Assembly (NCBI GenBank): GCA_951406725.2
Contig: OX597830.1
Coordinates: forward strand, 38,502,001-38,566,000
Source of the DNA: Octopus vulgaris
Lineage: Eukaryota
Length of the DNA: 64,000 nucleotides
Direction: 5' to 3'
Shown: positions 31,249-44,570 of the stretch, in pieces
Layout of the letters: each line of letters opens with the position of its first letter
How positions within the stretch are numbered: the stretch's first letter is position 1
Notes under the pieces: model-generated
Seen by the model: only the letters and a program-made list of their open reading frames with translations
What the model was told of the DNA's origin: nothing
Database searches by the model: none
Translations under genes and position numbers: made by a program

Positions 31249-32291
31249 GTATATTTATTCCTGAAATCTGAAACATTTACCTTTCATTGTGCATAATTTA
31301 ACGTACATTAATACGTCAAAATCAGTTGGTGGAAGACATCTACAGTATTATATTTCGAAACTTTTCAAAACAAACCAGACCGAAACATTCTTTCTTATAA
31401 CTCAAAACACTTTCAGTATCTACTTTTGTTCGTATGATTTCCAGCTTTTCATATAACAAAAATGGATTCTGAGAGTGGCACAAAATATAAACAAAAGAAA
31501 ATATATAGGCGATATAAGTATAATAATATCAATTTTGAGAAAAGATATATAAGCATTACAAATAGAGCAACAATAATCAAAAGCGCAATTGTTAACACAA
31601 CATTAGACTCCAATGATTAGCACAATGCAGTAAATCCTAGTGGAATGAATATATAAATAGCAGCTACAATAATGGTTGAAAGCAGAGACGATTTAAATTT
31701 CATATATTGTGTTCGAACAACATTAGATGATAATTATTATATAAACCATAGGTGAATATTTTGCCGTTCTGTTATTTTTTCCTTTCATTCACAAATATAA
31801 TAATAGTTATTTCGGGAGTTATAATCAATTCTACTGGTTAATGACATTTCATTGTTACTGATCGAAATTGTGTAAGTTTTATATTTCAGATTTGCCTTGC
31901 ATTTTCTATTGTTTCCAATTTTATTGTAGATCTGTAGAAGAACGTTCTATTGTTTTCCTAACTCTACATTATTATATTCTTGATTAACACATTATTGTTT
32001 GTTATTGTTTTCTCTTTACAAAGTCTAAAAGAATTTTAATTGAAATGGATATTTAGAAATAGTGGAAGAAAGGGTTTAAACTCATATTTATGATAATTTT
32101 GAATTATGGTGTTATTTATGATCATTTTGAAATACATCATTATTAATTGCTTTGAACACAATACGATCCTATTGCGTTTTAAGTAATCAGATATTAAATT
32201 TAGAGCATTTTAAATTAATAATTTAAGCAACTAGTCACTGAATGATGGTTGGAAGCAATTTAAGATTTTTTTTATTGTAACATTTTCCATA

Positions 32292-32495
32292 CGAGTAGTG
32301 CTGAAAAGTTCCTGGCTTTAAAAGTGTTGCGAAACGCCCAAATATCCGACTTCTTTTACAGGGCTTAGAAAATGTGAAGGACTGGTGCAGTAAGTCTGTA
32401 AATTCGAGAAGGGAATATCTTGAATAAAATTATAATTAACTGATCCTCCTTTATTTTCTTTTAATCAAAGTTAGTAACATTTCAGTACCGTTTCT
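32292..32495. mobile_element. Mariner-derived MITE, decayed
   Basis: TA-cgagtagtgctgaaaagttcctggcttt and aaagttagtaacatttcagtacc form imperfect TIRs about 200 bp apart. Confidence 0.6.
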
Positions 32496-34462
32496 TATAT
32501 AGTTTTCATTATCTATACAGAGCAACTTCTCAGAGATTTGTAAACAAAAAGGATGTTGGTGATAGTTTCAACATATTTTGAAACCTTGAGATGCTGCTCA
32601 GTATACACAAGAACTAGTTGGTGGTGTTACTTGTGGCTTGTGTAGGGTAACACGTAATTCATATGTATCTTTCGTTTAACCATAATTATAATACGGACGG
32701 TGAAAGGATACGGTGAAACTCAAATGCATACATTAAAGAGGAAAATAAACAGTAAATAGCTTCAGTAAATATCAAATATCTAGGAGTTCAGTCAATGTAT
32801 GTAAAAAAATGTTTCAAAAGGAGAATTTAAAAACTGAAATATAGATATGAAACAAAGAACATGATTAGTCAAAAGCGGGTGTTTGTTTTTCTTATAATGA
32901 TACAAATTTGTATGGAATAAGCTTGGTAGACTGCATGAATAACACTCTTTGTATCCTCTCTCAGACATAAAATACCGACTATTGATAATAAAAGTTAAGT
33001 ATATAAAATGAATTGCAAGTTAATTAGAGATACACGAGCGTTTCTACCACATAATTCCAAAAGAAATTGTGAGTTTATTTGTACTAATATAGAAATAGAA
33101 ATTTAAATATGTAGTTTGGTAATCAAAGCATTATCGGCTTAGATTAAAGGAAATAACAGGAAATGTGAATTGAATATTTATTGTCGATTAATTCTGCCGG
33201 GAGCTTTGAATCTCACAAGTTTTGATCATGACATGTGAATATTGATTTCATTATGATTTATAAAGTTGCCATTAACCTTAACTAAAAGATCGAAGTTTAC
33301 ATGAAATTAAGAATATTCAAAGCAGTTATTGAACCCTCATAAATCACATCTAGGAATGCATCGCTTCCTACTCTGGGGAAAATACTTTTCGTACTTTTCT
33401 AATTACTATTATTTACATTTAGATAGCAAGTGAGGATAGAAACTGTAAGTAAATAGAATTGAATGATTAATATTAGTAATGAATATGTTATCAAACTAAA
33501 GGAAAATTATAAATTGATGACATAAGTTAGTTGAAGTATTTATACGTGAGGCTGCATTGACATCATAGAGCGTTCTACAGTAAAACGTGTAACTTGGTTG
33601 CGTAAAAATAACATCAAGATGCAAATTTAAATTAAGTATTGTTTACAGAAACCAGAATACTCATTGAAAATATTATCTTTACAGTAAAAAGATTACATAG
33701 TTTAATCAACATAGAGGAATAAATAACAAAGAAATAGAAAATAGCAGATTCAAATACTTCAACGTTTTTGTTTTATTTTTAGCAAATGAGAAAACTAATG
33801 AAAGCCATTTCTGCCAAACTTATGCCAACCGATTGACATATGGTTTCATTCAATAACATAAATTATAAAATTTTTATTCTATGAATACCATTCATTTTTT
33901 GCACGCGCCAAGAAAAGAAATTTTCCTTCTGAACATTTTAACATATATTCGGTAGCACGTAAATTTAGCGGAAGACAGGAATTAGTTCTGACACATGTTA
34001 AACCTTTGACACTGGATACATTACAATATATTTTTCATATGAACTTTGCCTTCTAAAATCTATTCCTGTATTTTCTGAGTTGAAGTCTACGAAGTTTTGA
34101 TGTAAGTATATTTTATGGAACCATGTTCTATACTAAAATAGTTCAACCTACTTTAACAATCAGCTGACATCGCTGAGGAAGTGGCTTCCATGAATTTCAC
34201 TTGAGAAAATAAAGTAGCAACGTATCTTCAGAAAGAATAAAGCGCAACCCTGATTTAATGTTCCCCTGAACAAGTTATTGGGCATGGGGACGAGGATGAC
34301 TTTATCGAAAGGAATAAGATTTAGAGTTATATATATGTAGGTATGCATGTATGTATATATGTATATACACATATAATCATTCACATAGAAACACATATGT
34401 GTATGTATATATTTATAGGCGTGTGAGAGTGTGTGTTTATATACATATATACATACATACAC

Positions 34463-34500
<38 letters not shown>

Positions 34501-36970
34501 ATGTGTGTGTGTGTGTGTGTGTGTGTAGATGTATATAACAAATGCTACCTTTTAAAAATCGGATAACAGTAGCAGAACAGTTAATGATTTTATGGTAAGG
34601 GCTAAACGCAAAAGCTCAACGATCATATGGCCTATAAATATGGTTGAAAAGTTGGTAAATGTATAAACAAACGGAATACGTTGAATATCAATTAGAAGTA
34701 ATACTGAAGGAGTATAAATGGAATATATATTAAAATTCAATATCACTATGTCAAGATGAGTTATTTCTGGTGTGACATCTAAAAAAAACCCACATAAAGT
34801 CGACTCACAACTGCTCTAAAATAATCATTGCTCCCTTCAAAATGCACATATATACAGCTTAAAATCTGAGGCCTCGTAGTCAGTTTTAGCATGTAGTAGT
34901 GAATGAGACACAATCCTTGCTCTATAGCACTTAATAATATTCCCTATATTTTAGATATTTTGGAATATTTATTATGATGTGTGGTATAGAGAGCAGAGTG
35001 TGTATTTATTTGTGTAGTTATCAGTGTCTGTGTGCTCGCAGGTATGGTTATACTAACCTGCATTTTTAATATCTTATCCTATATCCTAAGTGTTCTTACA
35101 TATACATCCAATTTATGGATATTCTCCTCAGCTTCAATTCATAACTATAATCATTTTATTTCATATTTTTCATTTGTGTGTATTTGTTTGTTCAAGCATA
35201 ATTTTCACATAAATATGTTAAATCGGAGCAGTTATGATATTCGAATGATTATTTAAGAAAAAACGAGTGAAAATAAGTAACTTCAAAGAAGAAAGGGAAT
35301 CTTGTTTTGCTTTCTGTTACGTTCTCTTTATTGAACTTCCAACTACTGATCTAAACAGGCAGTCTTCTACTTAAATATTGGTTTCTTAAATTATAGAAAA
35401 GCATAGGATTTCGAAAGCAGTGATAAAATCGATCAAATTCTTCTAAAGTACAAGTCTGTCATAGCTTCTGGAGAAACAAAATTGAAAAATGATATTGAGA
35501 ATCCGTAACTCAATGTTATGAAATAAAAAATAAATAACTCGGGGCAAATTAATAACGTTCTTCACAGTACCCTCATTCCTATACGGCACTATATATGTTA
35601 ATACTTTTTTTCTGCTTATCAGTCGAACTTTCATTTTTATTAATAACAAAAATAATTCTTATGAGTGAGTCACATTCCTTTATCTTTCACACTCACAAGA
35701 TAAAAAACGGCATGCCGAATCAAATAAACAAACGAATGCACAAACAAATATCATGAGAGTTTGTAAAACAATCTTTATATCAATTGGCCCTAAGCAAAAC
35801 AACCGACAATCACGCTAACAAATAGTAATGTAAATGTCACCAAAATAAAAATGTTTATATAAATAAATATTCATATAATTCTAGTTTCTGTTTGGTAGAT
35901 ATAGACCATCTAAACGGCTTGGGGTCTAATAAAGAAAATAAGTTAAATCCGGTGTAGCAGATGGCGATAAAGAAACGATTTTAGATAACTTTATTTAAAC
36001 TCCAAGGGCATCTAAATAAGAAATGTCGGTTAGATAAGAATTAAGTTTGACACATGAATACATCTATAGGTGTTTAAAACATATATAAATAAACAATATT
36101 TCCATTTAAATGCAAATGGAAGGACACCTTGAGGAAGAAAATGTATGGCACTGCTGTAAGGGACATGAAAACAACGTTAAATAAAGTTGGGGAAATGAAC
36201 AGCTAAGCATTTTAAAATTGTACTGAAGACAAGACATAGTAATGACTAAAACGTTTCATGATTGAACGCTTACGGAGAGGCGCACACACCGATAAATGTG
36301 TGTTCAATATATATGTATATATAAAGTTAACAGCAAATGGAGAAATATTTATCAACAGCAATTGACTTACCTCAATTATTATCTTTTAATTCAATACAAA
36401 CACACTGCATCCTATCTAACAGCTATTTATGCTTCAATCTTATTATGGTATTGCCATTGATATGCTAAAAAATAATATCCATCATATTTGGTAATAAAGC
36501 TGATCTAGAACATGGGGCTTCAACAGGGTGAAGGAAAATACATACGTAAATGAAAAGAAGGGGAACCTAGAAAAAGGAGAGCCTGAATATGTTTAAATCA
36601 CACCACTTTGGGACATTGAGTAAATGACTAAATTTAAAATAATAATTGATGGGTTAATTTTTTTCTTTGGGGATTATAGGGTGGATAATAAGAAAAAAGT
36701 AAAAATTAAACATTTACAATAATGGGATACGCCAATAAGTTTAATCATAGAAGGTGTGAAGAAACAATAATGTTTTAAAGTAATCATAATAGTTTTTAAT
36801 AATTGTGTTTATAATTATACCGGTAGTATAAGGGATACTTTTATCCCTTAGACGGTTAAAGCCACGAATGTCCCGTATTCTTTTGCCTGTCCTAATTGTT
36901 GTTTCTCTTGTCCACCTATGTATCGTCTATCTGTCCGAATGTTTTAATGGTCTGTATTGCATTTTTGCTC

Positions 36971-37043
<73 letters not shown>

Positions 37044-37057
37044 AGATAGCTAGATAG

Positions 37058-37143
<86 letters not shown>

Positions 37144-37166
37144 ATATATCTATATATTTATACATA

Positions 37167-37610
37167 TATCCTTAAATCCTTAAAAATGTTTTAGCCTGAA
37201 GGCCGAGGCCATGCTGGGGCACCACCGCTGAATGAGCTACACTAATATGTGAATCCACCTCTAATACGTGGCACTTGATCAACAAGGAAGTTCGATGCCG
37301 CTGCCCGCATCTTTGTCTCCTGTCGTGAGGTAGGTTCATCTGGGACCCCCGACAAGAAGAGATCCAGTTTAGTTTTAAAGAAACCCACATCTCTCAGGCA
37401 TTTAAGGAGGCTGCTAAAGAGCTGTGGTCCTCTGAAACCCAAGCTGTTGCAGTATCTGGACCTGTATTTTGATGGTGATGTTGGAATCTTTGGCACCATG
37501 CAGTGGCGCCCCGTTCTGCGGTTGGGGTAACTTTGAATGCCAAAGTTTGGAACAAGACCCTCCAGGATTTTCCAGATGTGTATCACCGCATATCTCTCCC
37601 GCCTTCTCTG
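37167..37610 (-). mobile_element. CR1-like LINE 3' fragment
   Basis: QRRRERYAVIHIWKILEGLVPNFGI...CNSLGFRGPQLF...VPDEPTSRQE is homologous to 2715-3233; duplicated atccttaa tail. Confidence 0.87.
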
Positions 37611-37827
37611 CCCTGCGATCACTTCGACACCTGCCGCATGGTACACAGTGTAACTGTTCAGAGAATGTTGATTAGATGGAGAAAGGGAGCTAATGCACAG
37701 CACCAACATTTGATCACAATAAACAAATCACGTGTGTAGGTTGTTCAGCGAATGTTGACTGATCATACTTCGTCTTTGACGAGAGAGTCCATTGTCATCA
37801 TTATCATTATTATTATTATCATCATTA

Positions 37828-38382
37828 TTTGAGAGAGAGCAATGCATTCCACCAAAGGGACACTGGCGTAAAATATACGAAGCCCAGTATACCCATCACG
37901 ACTACCCGTCTGATAAGGGTACACCAGGCACATGCATAACCAACATATGTACTCGACATGGTGGTCTCATATCAAGATTAACTGCACATGACCTTGCAGG
38001 TGAGGCTCAGTTAGAATTTCCTTAAGGCTGAGTAGCACATCCCGCTGAAAAGATCCCTGAATAAGGGTTGTTTAAGGATGTTGAACAAAACACACGTTTC
38101 CGAAGGTGAATTATTCAAACTCCAAATAATCCCTCTCAACACATGGCTATGATGCTACCCCACTACTTCCGCTCGTGATCAGAGATGCACATATCGTCAG
38201 CCATTAAGGAACATGCTCAATAGGTTAAGGTCACACAACTGAGAAACAAATCTGTGGCATTGAACAGAATATTTGCTGTAGCCCTTCTATTATAGCAAGA
38301 CTAGACAATATACATGATATCACTTCCATTCATTTAAGATCAGAAGCAATGAAAGCCACAATCTGGTACTGCATCAGGGCCT
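37828..38382 (-). mobile_element. Non-coding interspersed repeat inside a (TAA/TGA)n array (family of 7492-7925)
   Basis: Reverse-complement homology to 7492-7925; arrays of the same polarity on both sides. Confidence 0.8.
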
Positions 38383-38398
38383 TATTATTATTATTATT

Positions 38399-38448
<50 letters not shown>

Positions 38449-38462
38449 TATCATTATTATTA

Positions 38463-38529
<67 letters not shown>

Positions 38530-38552
38530 TACTATTATTATTATTATTATTT

Positions 38553-38614
<62 letters not shown>

Positions 38615-38685
38615 CATCATTATTATTATTATAATTATTATCATCATTATTATTATTATAATTATAATTATTATTATTATCATCA

Positions 38686-38717
<32 letters not shown>

Positions 38718-38737
38718 GTTATTATTATTATTATTAC
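38383..38737. repeat. (ATT)n/(ATC)n compound microsatellite
   Basis: Directly visible. Confidence 0.95.
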
Positions 38738-39438
38738 TTCAAATACTAATATTCAGTCCCGCGTGATTTAATATTTCCTACACAACCCTGACGCCCTGGC
38801 ATCAGTTAAGCGATTTTGTCCTTATCTCTCATTCGTTTATCCACCCTTTCTCATCTACTTTCTCCCTCTCTCTATAAATGTGCATGTATACGTACACATA
38901 CACACATAAATGTATATATAATACACACACACACACGTACACACAAATATATATATATGAAGGGTGAAAGTGTATGAGCAGGTATATCGTGTGGGTGTTT
39001 CCTCTGTGTGTGTATGATATTGTATGTTATGCAAATAAGGAAATTAGAAAATTATGAGAGTTGCAAAGTTGCAATGACTACGGTTATGGACTTTTAACAT
39101 TCTCCAGTAATAATGCTATATGTCTAGCTGCTGTATATGCCGTATATGTGTTCGTGCGCGCCTGTGTGTGTTTGAGTGTATATCTAGAAATAGTTCCGCC
39201 TTTAAGAGTATCGAGAAGGCCTAGTTTGGAGCCCTACATACCGAATTCATTCACAGGGTTCAAAGAAGCTGAAACCACAGCTGCAATATGTGTGTCAATA
39301 TGAGAGTAGTATATGTTGAATATAAGCATAATTAACTGATTCTTTTTTTTTTACCAAAACCAAGAACTATACAGCATGCCATTGTAATGAAGAGAAGTAC
39401 ATACATTGTAATGAAGAAGTACAACTGTAAGCCGTTGG

Positions 39439-40142
39439 ACACATTACTCAAAATCGTCAAGCGGCACGAGAATCAGTAATTCTCACATCACTCAAAATCG
39501 TTAAGCGGCTCGAGAATCAGTAATTCACACATTACTCAAAATCGTCAAGCAGCACGAGAATCAGTAATTCACACATTACTCAAAATCGTCAAGCGGCACG
39601 AGAATCAGTAATTCACACATTACTCAAAATCGTGAAGCGGCACAAGAATCAGTAATTCACACATTACTCAAAATCGTCAAGCGGCACGAGAATCAGTTAT
39701 TCACACATTACTCAAAATCGTCAAGCGGCACGAAAATCAATAACTCTCACATTACTCAAAATCGTTAAGCGGCACGAGCATCAGTAATTCACACATTACT
39801 CAAAATCGTTAAGTAGTACTAGAATCAGTAATTCACACATTACTTAAAATCGTCAAACGCCACGAAAATCAGTAATTCACACATTACTCAAAATCGTTAA
39901 GCGGCACGAGAATCAGTAATTCACACATTACTCAAAATCGTCAAGCGGCAAGAAAATCAGTAATTCACACATTACTCAAAATCGTCAAGCGGCACGAGAA
40001 TCAGTTATTCACACATTACTCAAAATCGTCAAGCGGCACGAAAATCAATAACTCTCACATTACTCAAAATAGTCAAGCGGCAAGAAAATCAGTAAATCAC
40101 ACATTACTCAAAATCGTTAAGCGGCACGAGAATCAGTAATTC
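39439..40142. repeat. 44-bp minisatellite, 16 copies
   Basis: Unit acattactcaaaatcgtcaagcggcacgagaatcagtaattcac starts at 39441, 39485 ... 40101. Confidence 0.96.
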
Positions 40143-40626
40143 TTGTAAAGTATTTAAGAATATATGTTACGTTGACTTCTCTCTTTACGCTCTCTCCACA
40201 AAAGATAGCTGCAATCTTAGCTAAAACAACATACTGAGTTTTCTTGACGCAAGATCACAATATTGATGGAAACTCTATAGAAAGAACGATTTGTACAAGG
40301 AATGGATTTTAATGGCTAAACTCATGTCTAATTAAGTCAACCATATATGATATACATTACGCTTTAGATTCGCAGCAAGATGTGAAAATAGAGGCATATT
40401 ATGTTTTGAATAATCGTTACAAGTAAATATCAATTATACTCAGACACACACAAATACATATATGTCTGCATGGACATACATGTATGTATGTGTTTGTGAG
40501 TAATCGTGAGTTAGTGTGGTTGTAAATGTTGGTGTGCTATTAGTTACGTGCGTTTACATCGAGAATTTATTTAACTTATTTCATAGGGTATTGTATCTCA
40601 TATATATATATATATACATATATATA

Positions 40627-40662
<36 letters not shown>

Positions 40663-40717
40663 CATCCTTAAAAATGTTTTAGCCCGAAGGCCGCGGCCAT
40701 GCTGGGGCACCACCGCT
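40663..40717 (-). mobile_element. Isolated 55-bp 3' end of the CR1-like family at 37167
   Basis: Nearly identical to 37176-37229; embedded in (TA)n. Confidence 0.85.
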
Positions 40718-40749
40718 GTATATATATATATATATATATATATACAGCG

Positions 40750-41046
40750 GAAGACATACAATAGAAATACAAAATGGCTGACGGTTAGTAAGGAGAGACA
40801 CAAATAAGAAAGAAGAAAACAAAGGACCACTGATGCGGTCACAGGAGTGTGACGAAAGAACTCTGGCCGAAATAAGATTAAGATTAATGGAAAAAATAAG
40901 TAACACTGAAGTAAAATAACACCAAATATATAGTGCGTATGTTTTTATCGGCTAAACTGGCAATATGACCATTCCGAAATATAACAATATCTGTTTCAAC
41001 ACACGACTTCACATAAAAATTCTTGCACAACAAATATTTAAACGTA

Positions 41047-41050
<4 letters not shown>
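40750..41050 (+). mobile_element. Penelope-like terminal-repeat fragment with hammerhead-like motif
   Basis: Copy of 13588-13822, flanked by (TA)n on both sides. Confidence 0.7.
40824..40868 (+). ncRNA. Variant minimal type I hammerhead ribozyme
   Basis: GGACCA CTGATGCG GTCACA-GGAG-TGTGAC GAAA G-AA-C TC TGGCC; perfect 6-bp stem II. Confidence 0.65.
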
Positions 41051-41104
<54 letters not shown>

Positions 41105-41112
<8 letters not shown>

Positions 41113-41745
41113 GTTACCATTACTCAATAGTCAAGATAAAACTCTGAGTTTCAGATGCCGAAATGGATATCTACCAAACCATCTCTTCGGTTATCTGGCC
41201 ATCTGAAAAAATGCTATGAAAAAATACCGTTATATAAAGGGAAATTACTGTGTTATAATTCCGCTACTTATATAAATTAAGATTAAAAGTTCATAGTAAA
41301 TACGTAAACATGGCTACTCATACGCTCACATGTGCGCTCGCGGACCCACGTGCGTACTTATACGTCACTATGAAAATGTACATATGTTTTATATCTTTTT
41401 TCAATTTATGTTGGAAATTGTTAAAAGACTTACGAAATTTTATTTTATTCATAAGTTTCAGTAGGTCCGCTTCGAAATCTTCCAAACCTTTAATCTTGGG
41501 AGGGAATTTTTTAGAGTTTATACGATAGAAAGTAATTTTCATGGTGTCCATTTCTGTATTAAAAAAGAAAGCGTTCCATCTAATGCGCTTAATACGGCTT
41601 TTTTAGATTATCGCCTAACATCGAACTCTAACACACAGAAGAATTTAATATGGACGCCTATTATATAGATTATTCTATGAAAAACAATACCATCAAGAGA
41701 ACTATATTCAAAGAAACTTTTAGAGAAAATTACTGATCTAATTAA
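41105..41745 (-). mobile_element. Penelope-like element remnant: ORF N-terminus with inverted 5' segment, plus hammerhead-bearing repeat
   Basis: Minus strand: IKRIRWNAFFF...KKFPPKIKGLEDFEADLLKLMNKIKFRKSFNNFQHKLKKDIK. Plus strand 41650-41745: MDAYYIDYSMKN/IPSRELYSKKLLEKITDLI. Both resemble a Penelope-type N-terminus. Confidence 0.72.
41134..41196 (-). ncRNA. Degenerate type I hammerhead ribozyme
   Basis: AGATAA CCGAAGA GATG...CATC t GAAA CTC-A-GAG TT TTATCT; U4>C and one extra nucleotide before GAAA. Confidence 0.55.
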
Positions 41746-41888
41746 TTGGCACAATCAGGTAGATGAAAACCCTTTATAAATTCCGTGGCAACATCTCAAG
41801 ACTTGTACCGTAGCTTTGCCATGGACAGTTTTTACAATATTCTACTAAATTTCATACAAATACACACACATACACATATACATGCATG

Positions 41889-41922
<34 letters not shown>

Positions 41923-43072
41923 CACACACGCACACACACACGCGCGCACGTGCGCACACATATAATGGTATACTAAAAACTACCGAGCAAGTTGAATAGA
42001 GTCACCCAGTTTTACTGGCTTGACAAATAATTCATTTCGCCGTTTTGCAATGTGAGAACAAGATCATGTGTCAGTCGTCATTTAAGAAGATAACGTTTGC
42101 ACAAGAGACGCTGGTAAGAAAGAAAAAAAAAATACAACGGAGATAAAGTTACAATTACTCGATGTGAAGCAGAGTTAAACAGGATGTCGATGGCTTACAT
42201 AGAAAAATACTTAGGTAAATAGATCGGTTAGTAACATCTGCCCAAACGTTTAGCAGGTGCTGAGTCGGACCAAATAGAGTGAAGGATTTTTCCAACGCAC
42301 TGATAATTCTGTTAATGTCTCACTCATATAATATTTTCATTCTGACAATCTAGAAAAAAAAAAGATTTGAACTTCATACAAGAGATGCAATAAAGTATTT
42401 ATAATACGCTCGAACGATTCTGCCAAATAGCAGCCGAAGTATTGCGTGGAAAAAATATACAAAATAATTACAATTAATTCTCAAAGAAACGTTAACGATA
42501 TCAAAAGTTTATTGTTATGACACATCATTATATAAAATATAATTTTTCATTCCTCCTATCATTTTTTTGTCTCATACGTCAAGTGTGGAGTCTACTCTAT
42601 TATATCATTTTTAAATTCATTATTTTTTAAAATATTTAAATTATCTTTCAAAACTGAAGATCATGGCACGTTTAATTCTCTCATTAATTACCAAAATGGC
42701 AGTTTGAGGGTAAATTAACATTAATATGCTCCTCAAACTTGATTCTTTATTTCCAATAACCGAAAATAATATGATAATATGGTGAAAATTTACAGATTTG
42801 CATGACTATTTATTGTTATGCAGATAATCGGCAATCTCCTTTTCTGTCAATATTTTTTAGTTCCTTTCTGCATCGAATTAACGGTATCTTTTTTTTTTTA
42901 CCGTGTGTAGTGCTCGCTTTGACGCGCCTACTGAATATATATATATATATATTCAAATATGTATATACTTATGTCATAGCACACACATGTGTATATACAG
43001 AACTACGTGCATGTTTATACAGTCATAGATACATTCCCATATATGCATCTATCTATTTCTTTCTCTCTCTCT

Positions 43073-43112
<40 letters not shown>

Positions 43113-43116
<4 letters not shown>

Positions 43117-44062
43117 CCGGATCGGAGCGATCTCAAGATTAATCAGCCTAAATTGCGAGGATGATCCGGTTCTTGACTGAAGATTAGAGGCTTCGAATGA
43201 CCCGTCCATTTTTTTGCGTTCTTGTCCCATTTTGTATTTTTATATATATTTTTTATACATAAAGTATTGCGGCGTAACGCACAACTTGTTCTCTTCTATG
43301 TATGTAAGCATCCCACTACTTGTACGACTTCTACACACACTTTCTCTATACTTCACTGGTCTCTGTCTTTCTCTTTTCTCGCCTCTTTGATTCTTTGGTC
43401 TCCTCTTTCGCCACTCTCTCACATTTCTCTGTCTTTCTCGCTTTGCACCTCACTGATCCTGTCTTCCTGTTGTCCCGCCAATCCTTGGCACGCGTTCTTT
43501 CTTCTCTCCTCCTTAATTCCTTATTTCTCTCTCTTCTCCCCCTCTTTGGTGACTCATTCACTTTTTCTCTCTCTATCTTTGATTCCTTTGCCCCTTTTTT
43601 CTCTCCTCTCCTCACGTGACCGCAAGTCAACTAGCCTTTCAGCTTCTGAGCACCGCCACGACAAAATCGATTTCTTCGTCTGCCGTAACGTATTATTTTC
43701 CAAATACGCCAGCTAAGCTAAGTTGAACTGTCTAAAGTCGAATGACACCTGTTGTTTTTGTCCTGTTATTATTATTATTATTGTTTTTTGTATTTATATT
43801 CGTGTGGGACCGTCCGTTTTGCTGTCCTTGTTTTGTATACATTCGATCCTTTTTCCAAGAAATCTAATACTCGTAGCTTAGTTTTTCCTTGGGGTTGGCC
43901 GGATCGGAGCGATCTCAAGATTAATCAGCCGAAATTGCGATGATGATCCGGTTCTTGAGTGAAGATTAGAGGCTTCGAATGACCCCTCCGTTTTTTTTGT
44001 GTCGGCTATTTGAATGTTTTGCGTTCTTGTCCCATTTTGTATTTTTATATATATTTTTTATA

Positions 44063-44065
<3 letters not shown>
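43113..44065 (+). mobile_element. Non-coding element with terminal direct repeats (period 782 bp), Penelope-like partial tandem
   Basis: 43113-43258 is repeated at 43895-44065; CT-rich interior; microsatellite flanks. Confidence 0.75.
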
Positions 44066-44119
<54 letters not shown>

Positions 44120-44173
44120 GTATGTATATATATGCATACATATATATATATATATATGCATATATATACATAC

Positions 44174-44205
<32 letters not shown>

Positions 44206-44206
44206 A

Positions 44207-44262
<56 letters not shown>

Positions 44263-44426
44263 TTCATTCTAATTCTCTCTAAAGGAGATTACAGCAGCGG
44301 TACTGGATATTAAGAGTTATCGCCAAGTTAACATGACAGTCCAGATAAACAGGACTTATGCTGCTGTTGATTAGCTCCATGTGGCCATCGCATCTAGCTA
44401 GCTACGTGACACCCAGACCTGTGTCC

Positions 44427-44570
44427 ATTATAACCTTCGAACAGGGGAGTTCAGCAGCTTTCCCTTGCTGGTCTGGCATCCACAGACTAGTTTCGAGATG
44501 CTGCCTCTTATCAAGGTGGAGTAGCCGAATCCAGCAAGCGTCGCTGCTGACCGGCTGTTCGAAAGATAAT
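44427..44570. other. Long imperfect hairpin in a GC-richer island (probably a repeat)
   Basis: Nested complementary pairs TTCGAACAG/CTGTTCGAA, TCAGCAGC/GCTGCTGA, CTTGCTGG/CCAGCAAG and TCCAC/GTGGA. Confidence 0.75.

Noticed and set aside
39439-40142. CRISPR array
   Set aside because: Head-to-tail 44-bp units with no unique spacers and no cas genes, in a eukaryotic context.
43222-43716. 164-aa Ser/Leu-rich ORF
   Set aside because: Arises from the low-complexity CT-rich interior of a repeat.
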